Notes under the pieces: generated by a model
Told to the model about the DNA's origin: nothing
What the model saw: only the letters and a program-made list of their open reading frames with translations
The model's database searches: none
Origin: Lophium mytilinum
Taxonomy: Eukaryota
Length of the DNA stretch: 64,000 bases
Direction of reading: 5' to 3'
NCBI GenBank assembly: GCA_010093605.1
Contig: MU004183.1
Location: 806,001-870,000 of the forward strand
Translations under genes and position numbers: made by a program
Shown here: in pieces, positions 1 through 11,755 of the stretch
Layout: each line of letters begins with the position of its first letter
Position numbering within the stretch: the first letter of the stretch is position 1

Positions 1-313
1 GGTCCGTCTAGCCAATCTGAGCATGCAACAGCGTCTCCCACACTGCCGGCCAGGGATCCCATCGGTACCTGGCGATACGGGCTCGAGGGCAATGCGATCT
101 CTGATGGGTTCGGCATTAGATACCTGTCCGCTCCTACTGTACAATATATAATCTCCCGCGATCGCTATCCCTCCAAATAATTACATACTGCAAGTCATAT
201 ATATCCTTCTATTGGGTATAAAGCAACTAACTACCAGATTTCAATGAGCGCTGCGGAATTCCAGAAAAGCGTGTATCAAGCGCAAACCCGTCCTCCCCCG
301 GAATGCTCCGCTT

Positions 314-1568
314 TTACTCAGTTATCAACAAGTTGCCTGCTCCCTTGAAGGTCGGCTGTGCTGCTGGCATCACCTGGCTGCACTCCGTTAGATTGTTGAT
401 GTTGTTGACGCCTAACAAGCTCAAGCGGGTGTATGCAGTAGCATAGTCCTAGATAGGAAGTTAGCGATTAGCAGCGTAGAACAAACGGAAGGTAATATAG
501 ATATCGCGACCTACCTCATCCCAGTGGCTCTGGCCGCCTGGACCGGCAAACTTCAGCCACTCATTGTTCATACGTGGGTCCGCGGAGAGCACCAGATCGC
601 TATTGAAGCGCAACACCTGCTTGGGGAGCGGACCTGTGCCGACGGTCTGATTGTAGAAAAGCGTATCCCATACACCGGGGGTACCGTCTTGTGGAGCTCC
701 CTTCCTAGTAGTATCTACGAAGTACTGTCGGCTCGTAGTATGTGCGCCTACAAGTGCGGCGAGATCGTGAGGCGGGATAGTTTTGTCCTGGAAGAGAGCG
801 ACCAGCTTATCGGCACTGTCATTGACGCCGGGGAGGAGACCAGTCGGGGCCGGAGTAGAGCTGTCTTTTCTGCCCACAAATACGCGTATCCGAGGGCCGA
901 GAGGACAGGTGACTACGGCGTGAATGGCTGAGAATTGGATCAGGTCGGCGTAACTATTTCCATATTGTCAACGTCATTCAGTACAAGAGAATGAGGAGCT
1001 GTTACCCAACCCCAAAAGACTTTGCTGTTGCTTTCGCCAGTGCCGCAATGCCTGCCAGACCTTTGTTCTCTGGACGACTGATCTCAGAGCCGGAGAGAAG
1101 AATACTGCCGTCTGCCCCTCCGAAGTCCTGTCCCGCTGCTGCGTTGGACTGTGACCATGCTCCAGCATCATGGAATCCAAGTCTAATTGCTTGTCGGGCG
1201 ATCTCGTTGCACCGACCTGTCGGACCCTTGAAAGCAGATGTCAGGGCCGCAGAAACGTAGAACCAAACGCAGCAAGTGTCGGCCTTGCAAGCCTTGCTAG
1301 AGAGTACCCCAGGCGGTTTGTATCCCACAGGAGCGGCTTGTGCATCTTCCTGTCTTAATAGAATATTCGCTATGCTTTGGCCGACCGGGGAGGTGATGCC
1401 GCTTTTGAGGTCTCCGATCAGAATAGGTGTAGCGTCTCCATCATCGTTGGTATCCTGAGCTAATCTTCGAGCAAGATCGCCCATTGTCTTCGCCATTCCA
1501 GGCCAGCCATATACCGGCTCGAGAAGAGCAGCAAGGCCACATCCTAGCACGATGCTGGTGAGCTTCAT
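314..1568 (-). CDS. Secreted class II-type (generic, AA2-like) fungal heme peroxidase; exons 1568-1006, 953-515, 448-314
   Basis: Signal peptide MKLTSIVLGCGLAALL; distal motif RQAIRLGFHDA, GGADGSILL, YADLIQF..CPLGPRIRVFVGRKD and proximal VGAHTT. Two GT-AG introns join the exons in frame to TAA at 314-316. Confidence 0.9.
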
Positions 1569-4043
1569 AATTACCACTACGCCAAGAACGCTGAATATAA
1601 GGAAGAAGTGATAGAATTACAACAAATAGAACGTCAAACGATTGACTTACTTCTAGGAAGCTCCGTATTAGCCCATGCTCATGAGCGAGAGCACAGCGTC
1701 ATATACCTATTTGCATTGTCTATGGTTAGGCTTGACTCCTACAGCTGTGGTCTGTTCGGAAGTTTCGAATGCTGGGCGCCGGGAGACGTGCATCAAGAAC
1801 GAGCCTGGCCTTTGCTCTCCGGAGTGCTCGCTCGCCACTGGATCCAGATATGGAGGCCTACGTGCACTCGCGGTGAGGGACTATCCAGATCGCGCTTGCT
1901 GGTCGGTAAGTGCCTATGCCTGGTTGGACTTGTCTTGACAGCTGGCGTACCAGATCTCGAGCTACGAGCGCCACATTGGCGGTGCAGAAGCTGAGCATGA
2001 GGCTGAGCCATAAATGGAATTAAGCTTGAAATCGGCCCCTTGGCGTGCAGATACGGAGATCAGAAAAGCGAAGTCTGGACTCTTTGGGGTCTGTGAGGAC
2101 TTGATTTGAGGATCAGAAGTCCCCCATTTGCTGTGACGGTCCAAAGATACCCCAGACGCATGGAGAGTGCATGATGAAGTCCGGCGCTGCTGCAGGAGTC
2201 AGGTCCGCCCAGATACGCCTGCGGAAAAAGCCGCGTGAGTCGTGCCGAGAGTTTACAGGTCTATCACGACCCAAGATCTGATTGGGGACGCTGTAGACGA
2301 GGGGGCTGATGCGGAGCTGAAGCTGCTCGTAAGGTTCGTACCTGTGTATCACAGAACGGTATTACAGCTCACGGGTTAGACGACGACATGAATTGGGAGA
2401 CAGTGCTAGGGCTGCCGAAAGGAAAGACGCATGGTTGAAGAAGAATGCATGGCTCTCCAAGCCTACCGTGCCTACCTAGAACGAAAAGTGGAGCCATCGG
2501 CGATTTGGAGAGCCGGATGGTGTAGCGACTTCCCCTTGCGCAGATCAGTCACGTGATTTATCCCTAGCACATGAATGAACCCGACGGTTCGCAAGAACGG
2601 TAAAGAAGGGTGAGGGAGGGGTAGCAAAAAGGATCGTAACTCTAGCACTGGCCTATGAACTTTACGGGAAAGCCATATATAAGTGAAATGGCGAGGAGAG
2701 ACCGGTTTTGATTAGCGAATGAATGAGCCCTGTCACGCGTTATCTCCACCAAAATTTGTTCTTCATGCAGCACGATCGCCGACGGTAGGTGTGCTTTGCT
2801 CGACAATCTGCATAACCGAATTGCGTGAACACGGTCATGGCTGGGTGGGAAAGAGGTGATTGGGTGTTATTACTGGCACGTAAGTTTTCGGCGTATGATT
2901 ATTTCTACGAAGTCCAGCTCCAGATTCGATTTTGTCGAAGAGTGCTGTGCTATTCGAATGATTGCGCTGACAAGAGATAGACTACAAGATATTATCGGAA
3001 ACGTGGAGGACACGCTAGTAATGGCTTGAGCGCTTCGCATAGAAGCAAAGCAATCACTACTCAAGAAACCCCGTTAAGCGCTCTGCGTAATACCCGTCTT
3101 TGAAACCATCTTTTGACCTGCGCCCATATCAAGACTATGAGACGGGCAGGTAGCAAGTTTCGCTGGCTGACGGGTGAGACAAGTCACAGCTTGGCTTCAA
3201 TATAATGCCCTCTAGGCCTCTCCATATTGCCTAGCTCCATCAGCTGTGCTGCGCGATACCGTCGACGAAACACAAGGGTGAGAGCTTTGACACGTATTCC
3301 TTCCGAATCTCAAACTCACAACCGCCACACTCAACTTCATTGGCCCATTTGAGGGGTGACATTCACGAACCCATCCGATGTCAATTTCCAAGAGAAGCAA
3401 AAGGAAACGAGGATTTTTAATTTGGCAAACTTTCAACGTGCAACGCTGGTTATTCTATGAAAAGGTTGGCACACTCAAACGAGTCGTCTGTTATGTACGC
3501 GTACATGTCACTACTCGAGATGGCCCAACCGGTGCTTTTTCCAAGATTCCGAATGAACCCTAAGCTCGTTATCTTGAAATATGTGCACACTAGTTGAGCT
3601 GATCGACGGTGTTGTCGAGAATCGCACCCTGCCCCTTTTCGTTAGCTCCTCGCAAAATAGTGAGATGTACGCGGTACTATTCTGCAGCCGCTAGCTTCTA
3701 CCATGTTGGCTTTTGCCCGAATTAGAGGGTTGTAGAACCGCGTGAGGCACAGTGGAAAGCAAGACTACTGCGTCATATCTTGTAAAAATAGTGCGGCACA
3801 ATATAGCCGGTTGAAATACTGCGGCGCGACAGGCAGTGCATATATCACTTAGGTAGGTTGGAGCTCCCTTAGCGCTAACGCTAGCCCGACGTGATGTTGT
3901 CAACGTCTCGGCTTGTCGCGCTTTCTCATCTTCTACCTCACTCTTCTACCAAATCTTCGTCTGTTTCCTCACTCTCGCCCTCTTCCAGCTCCACCAAGTC
4001 ATTTCAATACCGATAACTTTCTACAAATCAAATACCTCTCGCA

Positions 4044-4474
4044 ATGGCTCCCACTGCAGGTCGCCCCAAAGCTGCTGCTCCCAAGGCCAAAGCTGCCGGA
4101 GGCGTCAAGAAAGGCCCTACTGGCCGGAAGAGCAAGAAGGCGTCGGGTGCTATGGCTGCCATGCAGAAGTACTGTGAGTAGATCTTCTTCATTTTGCGTC
4201 CAAAAATCAGCTGTCAGCTTCACCTGGACAGCTGAAACACGCGTTTTTCACCTGGTACTTGGCTGGATGATTGTTGATCACGTAAACCACAGTCAAAGAG
4301 CACCGCGACGAGTTCCCAGGAATGGCGTTCAAGGAGCAGCAGAAGGAGCTCGGCAAGATGGTACGTCACGTCATCGATTTTATTCGAAAAGCACGCGTTT
4401 CCGTCATTTCCCGCCACTAACATCCCGTTCAGTGGAAGGCATCTGATGAGAACCCAAAGAACGCGGCGGCTTAG
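4044..4474 (+). CDS. Small basic HMG-box/YABBY-like DNA-binding protein (79 aa); exons 4044-4173, 4293-4360, 4433-4474
   Basis: Spliced product MAPTAGRPKAAAPKAKAAGGVKKGPTGRKSKKASGAMAAMQKYFKEHRDEFPGMAFKEQQKELGKMWKASDENPKNAAA. Donors GTGAGT and GTACGT, CTAAC branch site in intron 2, CAG acceptors. Confidence 0.8.
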
Positions 4475-5735
4475 TGCATCTTTCAGCACGCCGGTCCTAG
4501 ACATAATGGCATCAAGGCTCTCACTTACTTCGCCGGTATTAATCTTTACGACGTCGACTTGATGGCTCATCGCTTCCTTGATCACCTTCGATCTTTCTGC
4601 CCGGTATTCGTCCAGGTCTGGAAGAAGCTAGAAATCGTTTCTCGGACTAGTCCACCAATCCCCTTGGAGCGAAGGCAGACGTCAAGAACTCTCTTCTAGG
4701 CTTCCATTTGCGTATCACTTCACCCACAACATCAATCTTCTTCTTTCTTCTTTCATACCCCCATGTAACTATATTTGCTTTTCGGTCATCAGCGGACGGA
4801 CACGGCGGTCAACGGTACGGCGATATGCGAGCGGATCTCGAGGGGCATTGATTTTGCTTCCGGACGAGGGTTTTCCCTATGCATATGAACTTTCTATCAC
4901 TTTTCTTCTGACTCAATGCGCCTGGTGATTCTGTGAAGTTGTACGAGGCAACTCAATGATCTACTTCTCACTTGCGAGCTTGACTGTGCGTGCATCTATT
5001 TCTGAACTTTGATGAACGTAGGCGGATCAATTGCAGAGGAACTCTTCCTCATTGTCTCCCGCTCTGTTTCCGGAAACTAACGGACTGCAGCGTCGACCTT
5101 GGCTTTCGACATAACAGCAGTCTTACCGTCGCTTTATGAAGCGACGAACGGGATTCGCGACGCGACGATGATAGTCATATGTCTTTCCGACAGCCTCTTC
5201 TTTCTCCTTTTCCGTCCATGCCTCGTTTCTAGCCTTTTGCCTTACCACGACTCACTTCTTCTCCTCGAGAGTGAAGGCTCCGGCATCCTTCTCAGCTTTG
5301 ATGATGTTGTTGTGAACTGAGACGCTTGATTGAACGGACTACTTCTTGCATTTGGGATATCTCCTGATTCACGCAGCGGCAACTTTTATATCTTCTCCAA
5401 CTTCCTTCCTTTATGTTGGATACAGCTCCGCAGACAAGTCGAGTGCGCAAAAGTACACAGGTTTTGAATAAGAACTACGCTAGAAGCGAGTTCGTGTAGA
5501 TCTCTGCGAATCTCCAACCACGTCTCTGATTTAGAGCTATGAAGCTTCTTCACAGGGTGAGGCTATGGAGCATAATACAGTCCGCTGAAGATCAGGGACA
5601 AGAATCTAAGGATAAGAAGCATCCTTGCTCCGTTCAAGAACATGTTTGTGAGTGCTGTATAGCCAGCATTAGTTTAGTAGCAGGTCTCAAACGCTCCAGT
5701 CGGCCCACGGAAGTCGGGTAGCGAATCAGAGAGAA

Positions 5736-6254
5736 ATGTCTGAGGTGATCAGTGCAAATACTGAGAGATTCAGGTTTTCATCCACAGTCTATGACCCCGA
5801 ATTTCTTCTACCCGTCAGTGCCCGGCATTCATATTGCATCCCTCAATACTCAGGACGGCTTTTCCGGAAGCTTTCCGTTAAAGAACTTCCATCTGGCCAG
5901 ACACCAAGTAGGCAACGAGTTACCCAGACGCTGTTAACAGTTTCTGTGGACAAGGAGATCGTCAAAGGAGCACTTTCCACGATCGAGAACACGCACTATT
6001 CTATTCAGGGAAATTATGACAGCGTCTTTTCAGATCATATCAAGGGTCAGATTAACAGGCTTGTCGAAAAGCAAAATGCCTGCTTCCCGCGACCGAACTA
6101 GTCTCCCATGTGAACCATATTCAGCATTGACATGGACTGGGACCAACTTGATGAGAGCCAACAAGAGGTCAGAGCCATAAGAGTCATATTGAAAACCCTT
6201 GAGAAGCCGAAAGACATGCCAGACTCTGGTGCCGTCGGCGGTCCGATCGAGTAA
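5736..6254 (+). pseudogene. Possible decayed gene of unknown function
   Basis: The frame from ATG 5736 continues past TAG (6099) and TGA (6111) with protein-like sequence (IFSIDMDWDQLDESQQEVRAIRVILKTLEKPKD) to TAA near 6254. No family recognised. Confidence 0.3.
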
Positions 6255-6736
6255 CCTTCCCCGTCCCTGTTGTTTCGAGTAATAATCTTCAAGTTTACCG
6301 CTTGTCCCCACTGCTTGGAGTACCCCCACAGTTTTTCGAAGACTCAAGGGCGATGTCAAGCTTCAAGCAGTGCAGATTAGACTGCCTCTTGACTAAATGC
6401 CTGCTCAGCAACCAGGCTACCCCCAACAGTGGTGTGATCGCAACACGATCGAACCGGTTTCAGAGCAGAAGGGACCCTATCGCTTGCGACACCGCGGGAA
6501 CCATCGGTGGTCAAGACAATGCGGAATCTTGGTATAAATCACCTTTCATATTACGAATGATGAGCCAACCCACTGGCTCAGTATGCATCGATGAGACACA
6601 GACGAGCTTTTTTTTTTTGGTGGATTCGCTCAGTCCTCTTTAGTGAACTTCTAGAGAGCACTGCCGTAGTATCCGCCTTGGGCATTAACGTTTGCTCCGC
6701 GGCCTAGCAGGATGTGGACAATCCTCTCGTGCCCTC

Positions 6737-8284
6737 CTAAAAAACAGCGCATAGATTACCGCCGTAGTATTCGTCTCCTGGGCAATTGGCCTCTACAACT
6801 CTGTCTTGTAGCATCTTGACGATTGCCTGGTGACCGTGACTAATAGCAAACTCGAGAACATTAGCGTAGTCCACGCCTTGCGCTTTGATGTCTGCTCCCT
6901 TGTCTAGTAGTATCTGGACAATCTTCTCATGTCCGTACTCACTAGCTTCCACGAGAGGATTGTCGTTGTCTTCTTTATTTCTGGCATGCTGTTCCCGATA
7001 ATCGGCTTGCTGGCTTTCGACTATGTCTGTGTACATGTTCATGGACACAGGCATCGGGGCCTGACGGACCCGTTGCCCAGGTGGCTCCAGTCTCTGCCGC
7101 ATGTCAAAAGCACTGTCTTCGTTGAGAACCCGTCCTGAATGTAGACTTTCAGTGAACGTGGGGCTATCGTAGATAGTACCAGTGCCCTTGACATGCTTCA
7201 TCTGCCACAGGTGCGCAACGGTGTCCAGCCCTACCTCTTGACCACCGTCTTGTTGGTTCTTTGTGACTATCATAGAACAGCCAAGTCTCTTTTGCAGATT
7301 CGATGTGCAGAGCTTGCAAAAGAAGGGGACATCGAGTTCGAATCTGGATGTGGTCTGTAGCTGATATGCTACGATATCTGCTGACGGCCGGTCTTCAGGG
7401 TGATGAGCCAGCATTTTTGAGATTATGTTTGCCATGAATGATTGATCCTTCTCGCTATTGCAAGTGCTTTCAACAAGAACGGCTTGCAGACTTTCAAGCT
7501 GTTTGTAGTAGGCCTCGTTCAGGACCTCAGGGGGCAACGAGCGGTACAGGACCATGAATGCTTCCAAAAGAACGCATCCGAGAGAAAACACGTCTGACTT
7601 TGAGTTCCTGGGCCCAAAGTCCGCCACTTCCGGAGAGCAGTACCTTCGTGTGAACATCCCAGGGTGTCCTCCTGTCGTGCTATGGCCAGACAAACTGAAG
7701 TCATAAGACAGGCCGAAATCAGTGTAGATTGGAGACCCCCGATGGATAAGGATGTTATGAGGCTTTATGTCCTTGTGTCTGATGGTCCGTTGATGCATGA
7801 AAGAAAGACCGTCAGACAGACACCCGAAACATGAGTACAGTATTCCACGACTTGGCTGGTCCAATTCATCGACATCCCAACAAGCTGCCAAGAAGGTGGC
7901 AAGATCTCCACCGTCTGCTACCGGCTGTAAAATAAGGCCAAATTCTCGTCCTGCCGTATAAGTCGCAAAAACTCGGATGATATGGTGATGTGACGCTAAA
8001 CGCTGGATAATCTGCACTTCGTTCAAGAATCCTTTCTTTACCTGCTCGAGGTTTCGTGTTGTAACATTGCGGAACACTTTGCGAGCGTACACGAATCCCG
8101 AGATAACATCTTCAACCATCTCGACAGACGCACTTGCTCCAATGCCCAAATTCTTCACGAGCCTATATGGTAGGACCTCCTTTTCAACAATGTCATAGTG
8201 CTTTCCTTCTTGAATGCGTATTTTATTGACCACCTCGTAGCCGTCTGCTCCAAGCAGCGCCCAATCATCAAACTCGGATGTCAT
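6737..8284 (-). CDS. Ser/Thr protein kinase with C-terminal ankyrin repeats (515 aa, single ORF)
   Basis: LGIGASASV loop, YARK, HKDIKPHNILI, DFGLS, YCSPE, SDVFSLG. Ankyrin-like NPLVEASEYGHEKIVQILLDKGAD and NVLEFAISHGHQAIVKML. Confidence 0.9.
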   Translation of the reverse strand: MTSEFDDWALLGADGYEVVNKIRIQEGKHYDIVEKEVLPYRLVKNLGIGASASVEMVEDVISGFVYARKVFRNVTTRNLEQVKKGFLNEVQIIQRLASHHHIIRVFATYTAGREFGLILQPVADGGDLATFLAACWDVDELDQPSRGILYSCFGCLSDGLSFMHQRTIRHKDIKPHNILIHRGSPIYTDFGLSYDFSLSGHSTTGGHPGMFTRRYCSPEVADFGPRNSKSDVFSLGCVLLEAFMVLYRSLPPEVLNEAYYKQLESLQAVLVESTCNSEKDQSFMANIISKMLAHHPEDRPSADIVAYQLQTTSRFELDVPFFCKLCTSNLQKRLGCSMIVTKNQQDGGQEVGLDTVAHLWQMKHVKGTGTIYDSPTFTESLHSGRVLNEDSAFDMRQRLEPPGQRVRQAPMPVSMNMYTDIVESQQADYREQHARNKEDNDNPLVEASEYGHEKIVQILLDKGADIKAQGVDYANVLEFAISHGHQAIVKMLQDRVVEANCPGDEYYGGNLCAVF

Positions 8285-9220
8285 ATCGTTGTCTCAGATC
8301 GTATGCAATAGCTGTCGAAGATGGCGTTCAAGGTGTTCAGGAGCGTCGCAGTAAGATGATCCTTGCTAGCCTCCTTTCCCTTTTCAAGGGCGAAGGTAGA
8401 CGTGGAACGGAATTGGCCTTAAAGGATTCTATGAGAAGGTGCTAGACAAGACCAGTCAGTACGTCTTCTGTGGAAAAGATATAGAATCATAGCTTACACT
8501 CGTCGCCTCCAAACACTGATTAATGTAAGGTGGATAAGCTGTGAAGACCCAATCTGTATCGTATCTGTAAAACCTGTAGATTCCTTGAGAGATGTGAACG
8601 TGAAGAGGTGAGTGTGCTGGCAGCCGGAAGGCTGAATGCGAAGTGCCAGGCTGAGATTCACGCTGAACATGATTGGATGGGGCGCGCAGTGTCGCGGTCT
8701 GTCTGGGGCACCTAAGCCATTGAACAAATCACTGAATCGTACAAGAAAAGACGATGTGGAGAGATACAATGATAGCCGAGTAATTTGACTACTTTCTCTT
8801 GTAAGATGGGTAACCATTGTATGTACTTCCCATGGGCTACCTAGCATCCTGATATCTGCGCCGAACAAGGTCTTGGGCCATAACCTGTGGAGTTTACTTG
8901 TAGGATTAAGACGGGAACACAACACTGTGGCAGTACGATTGTCTCTCTCTGAATATACCTTTGTGCTCTGATGTGGTGCAAAAACTTGGTGGAGAAGACA
9001 AGACGAGACCTCGGGCTTGGTGCTTATCGATAACGCACCTGGCTAAGATCAACGTGTTGTGTCAACGGCGACTAGTAAAAAGCAATCCTAAACAATACGT
9101 CGCAACCTATATTATCACCTACATAACCCCTTAGCCTCTGTCGCGTACCATCCTGAACCCATATAAACCTCGCTGCAACACCGGCGTGGTCCTGCTTCGG
9201 TAGCAGTAGCCGACCTACCA

Positions 9221-11210
9221 ATGTCACCCCCAATATCTATCAGCGAAGCAAAGACCTCGTACCCTATCTTCGCGGCAACATTCGCCCACAATCACGCTGG
9301 GTATCTCGTAGTAGGCGGCGGCGGGGGTGCTGGTATATTTCCCCACTCGCTTAAGCTCCATGTCTCGAGCTGACAGCTTCTGAATAGGACGCAGTGGAGT
9401 TGGAAACAAGATCACTGCTTTTGATGTGAGCTCGCGAGCTCCGAAGCTCGAACCGTCCGCCGAATTAGAACTCTCTCGCGATGAAGACTCGGTGACCTGT
9501 TTGGCCAATCTGGCCACCAAAGACGGCCTGGTCCTTTACGCTGGCCTCAACTCCTCCCCCGCCGACCGCGACGCGAACAAGAATGAACACTTCCGGTCCT
9601 TTGAGTTAGAATACCCGAAGAAGAAACAGTCTGGGAAGAATGAGAAGGTTACATCCCAGTCATCCGAGGCGAAAATTTCGTTTCTCAGCAAGACGAGTCT
9701 GCTCAAGGCACCGGAATCGGTAGCCGCGAAGAAGGACGGCTACCAACGCCTGTTGCGCTTGTCTCGCCCCAAGCGAAGTGCAAATGGAAGCAAACGAATA
9801 GGCGCAATCGCATCAAGTCTTGCTGGACAGGAGAATGAGGTTGTGGTCTTCAATGCTACAACGTCTTCGCCGAGAGCACCAGGCGATATAATACAACGGA
9901 TCTCGCCGCATCACGGAGAGGAAGCGAATGATCTTGACATCTTGGAACCCGAGGACGGAGAATTCAAACTGGTCTATTGCACGGACTATTCTGTGTACAC
10001 AGCCGACATCTCCTATGACTTTTCGAAGAAGAAATCGCAAGAGAAGCTCGAGCCGCCCCGGTCCAAGTACTCAGTGCCTTTCCCTGACGTCTTCGAGAAG
10101 AAGGGTAGAAACAAGATTCGATGTGTTCGGTGGCTTTCTCCGTCACACATTCTACTCCTATCGAATTCCCCAAATCGCACCGGAGCCGAGCTTCAGATTC
10201 TGAGGCTCTATGGAGACACAATGGGAAGCATCACGTACCGCAAGACTCTTCCCCGGCACATAAAACAGGCTACGGACCTGGACGTGTGTGCTCTAGACGC
10301 TGACGATCATGGAGCCTACCAAATAGTCATAGGTGTGGCCGGTGCCGACTGCTCCACTAGCATCTTCACCATCGATTACAAAGGCATAGCAAAGAACAGC
10401 TTAAGTGGCTTCTCTCATTACAACACTGTCCGGGATGTCCACCCTTTCCAGATCACGAAGGTGGTTTTCTCCCCGTTCTTCTCCCCGTGGACAGCTCCGA
10501 ATGCCGAGAAGATAAAACAGCTTGGACCACAATACCTCCGCCTCGCCTCTACATCTCTAGGGAACACCATCGTGGTCGACACCATGACCCTACAGCCCGC
10601 GTCAAAGAAATCACGCTCCCGATTCATTCTTGGGGCCCCTGGATCTCGAGCGAATAAGCTCGCGTCCTACTTCTTGGCGTTGATTGTACTTTTAGTCAGC
10701 ATCATGCTTGCCCAACCCTTAGTCGACCCTGATGGCCGCTGGACCCAAGCTCTGGTCCCAGAGAGTATTCGAAATGTGGTCAGCAGCTTCAATCCTATAG
10801 AAGTTCCCATGGATGATGCTCGAGCCGCGGCACACTCCGCTATACCCGAAGCTGTCCGTGAGCCCATTGCGCGCACCTCGCACCGCCTACGCGATCTCCT
10901 CCATCCCCATCACAGCGAGAAACACAAGAACGATGGGAACACGAAAGCGCTTATTGTTCGTGCGGACCCGGAGACTGACTATATGCTCTCTACTGAGGTC
11001 CACGACGGCCCCGAAGCTGTCGTCCAGCAGCACACGGAGGCGAAGCGCTGGGAGGAACTGAACCATGAAGAACGGAGCTGGTGGAAGGAGAAATTGACGA
11101 GCGCGGGTGCGTGGACAGTAGACGAGGGGGAGACTGTGTTGAAGAGCATCTTCTTTGGACAGATAGGGGGCTTTGTGGGGCAGATGGCGCAGGAAGTGTT
11201 GAATGGTTAA
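9221..11210 (+). CDS. SEC12: Sec12-like ER membrane GEF for Sar1; exons 9221-9332, 9388-11210
   Basis: Spliced N-terminus contains the K-loop LVVGGGGGAGRSGVGNKITAF, followed by a beta-propeller-like body and a single TM helix (YFLALIVLLVSIML). Confidence 0.85.
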
Positions 11211-11755
11211 CGGGTGAGAGACATCGTGTCTCGGTCGGGTGCTGGCCTGGCGGTGTAGTAGTGTAGTAGTGTAACCAATTGACCTCGTTCGCTTCCTTGA
11301 ATACGATGTGTCTCTCTGATCTTGCGTAGCTGTGATAGTGGTCCATTCACGGCTCCATGATATATATTTCAATGATGCTGCTAGGTGCTTCAATACCTAT
11401 AAAGGCTTGCCGCTCCCTGGACGACCGGTGACCTGAATAGGAACGAACTAAGCTGGAGAATTATGCACCTGCTGCAATCCATGCGAAACACACATAAATC
11501 GCGCTGGGAAGCAATAATTCGAGCCCAATGATTGGCTTCCGGTGAGGCGGGAGGACCGTGCTCGTGACCCGCGTTGCGTTGCTGAAAGTGAGGTCAACCG
11601 CGAAACCTCCAACCTCCAGAGCTTGTCTGCACGGCATAGCTGTCCTACTTCACCACTTCTTCCCCCCTCCATCTCACTCACCGTACTGCTCCAGTCTATG
11701 GCTGGCTTCCTTCCTACCTCCCAGCCCGTTCTGCGCTTCCTCTGAAGCAGCAAAC

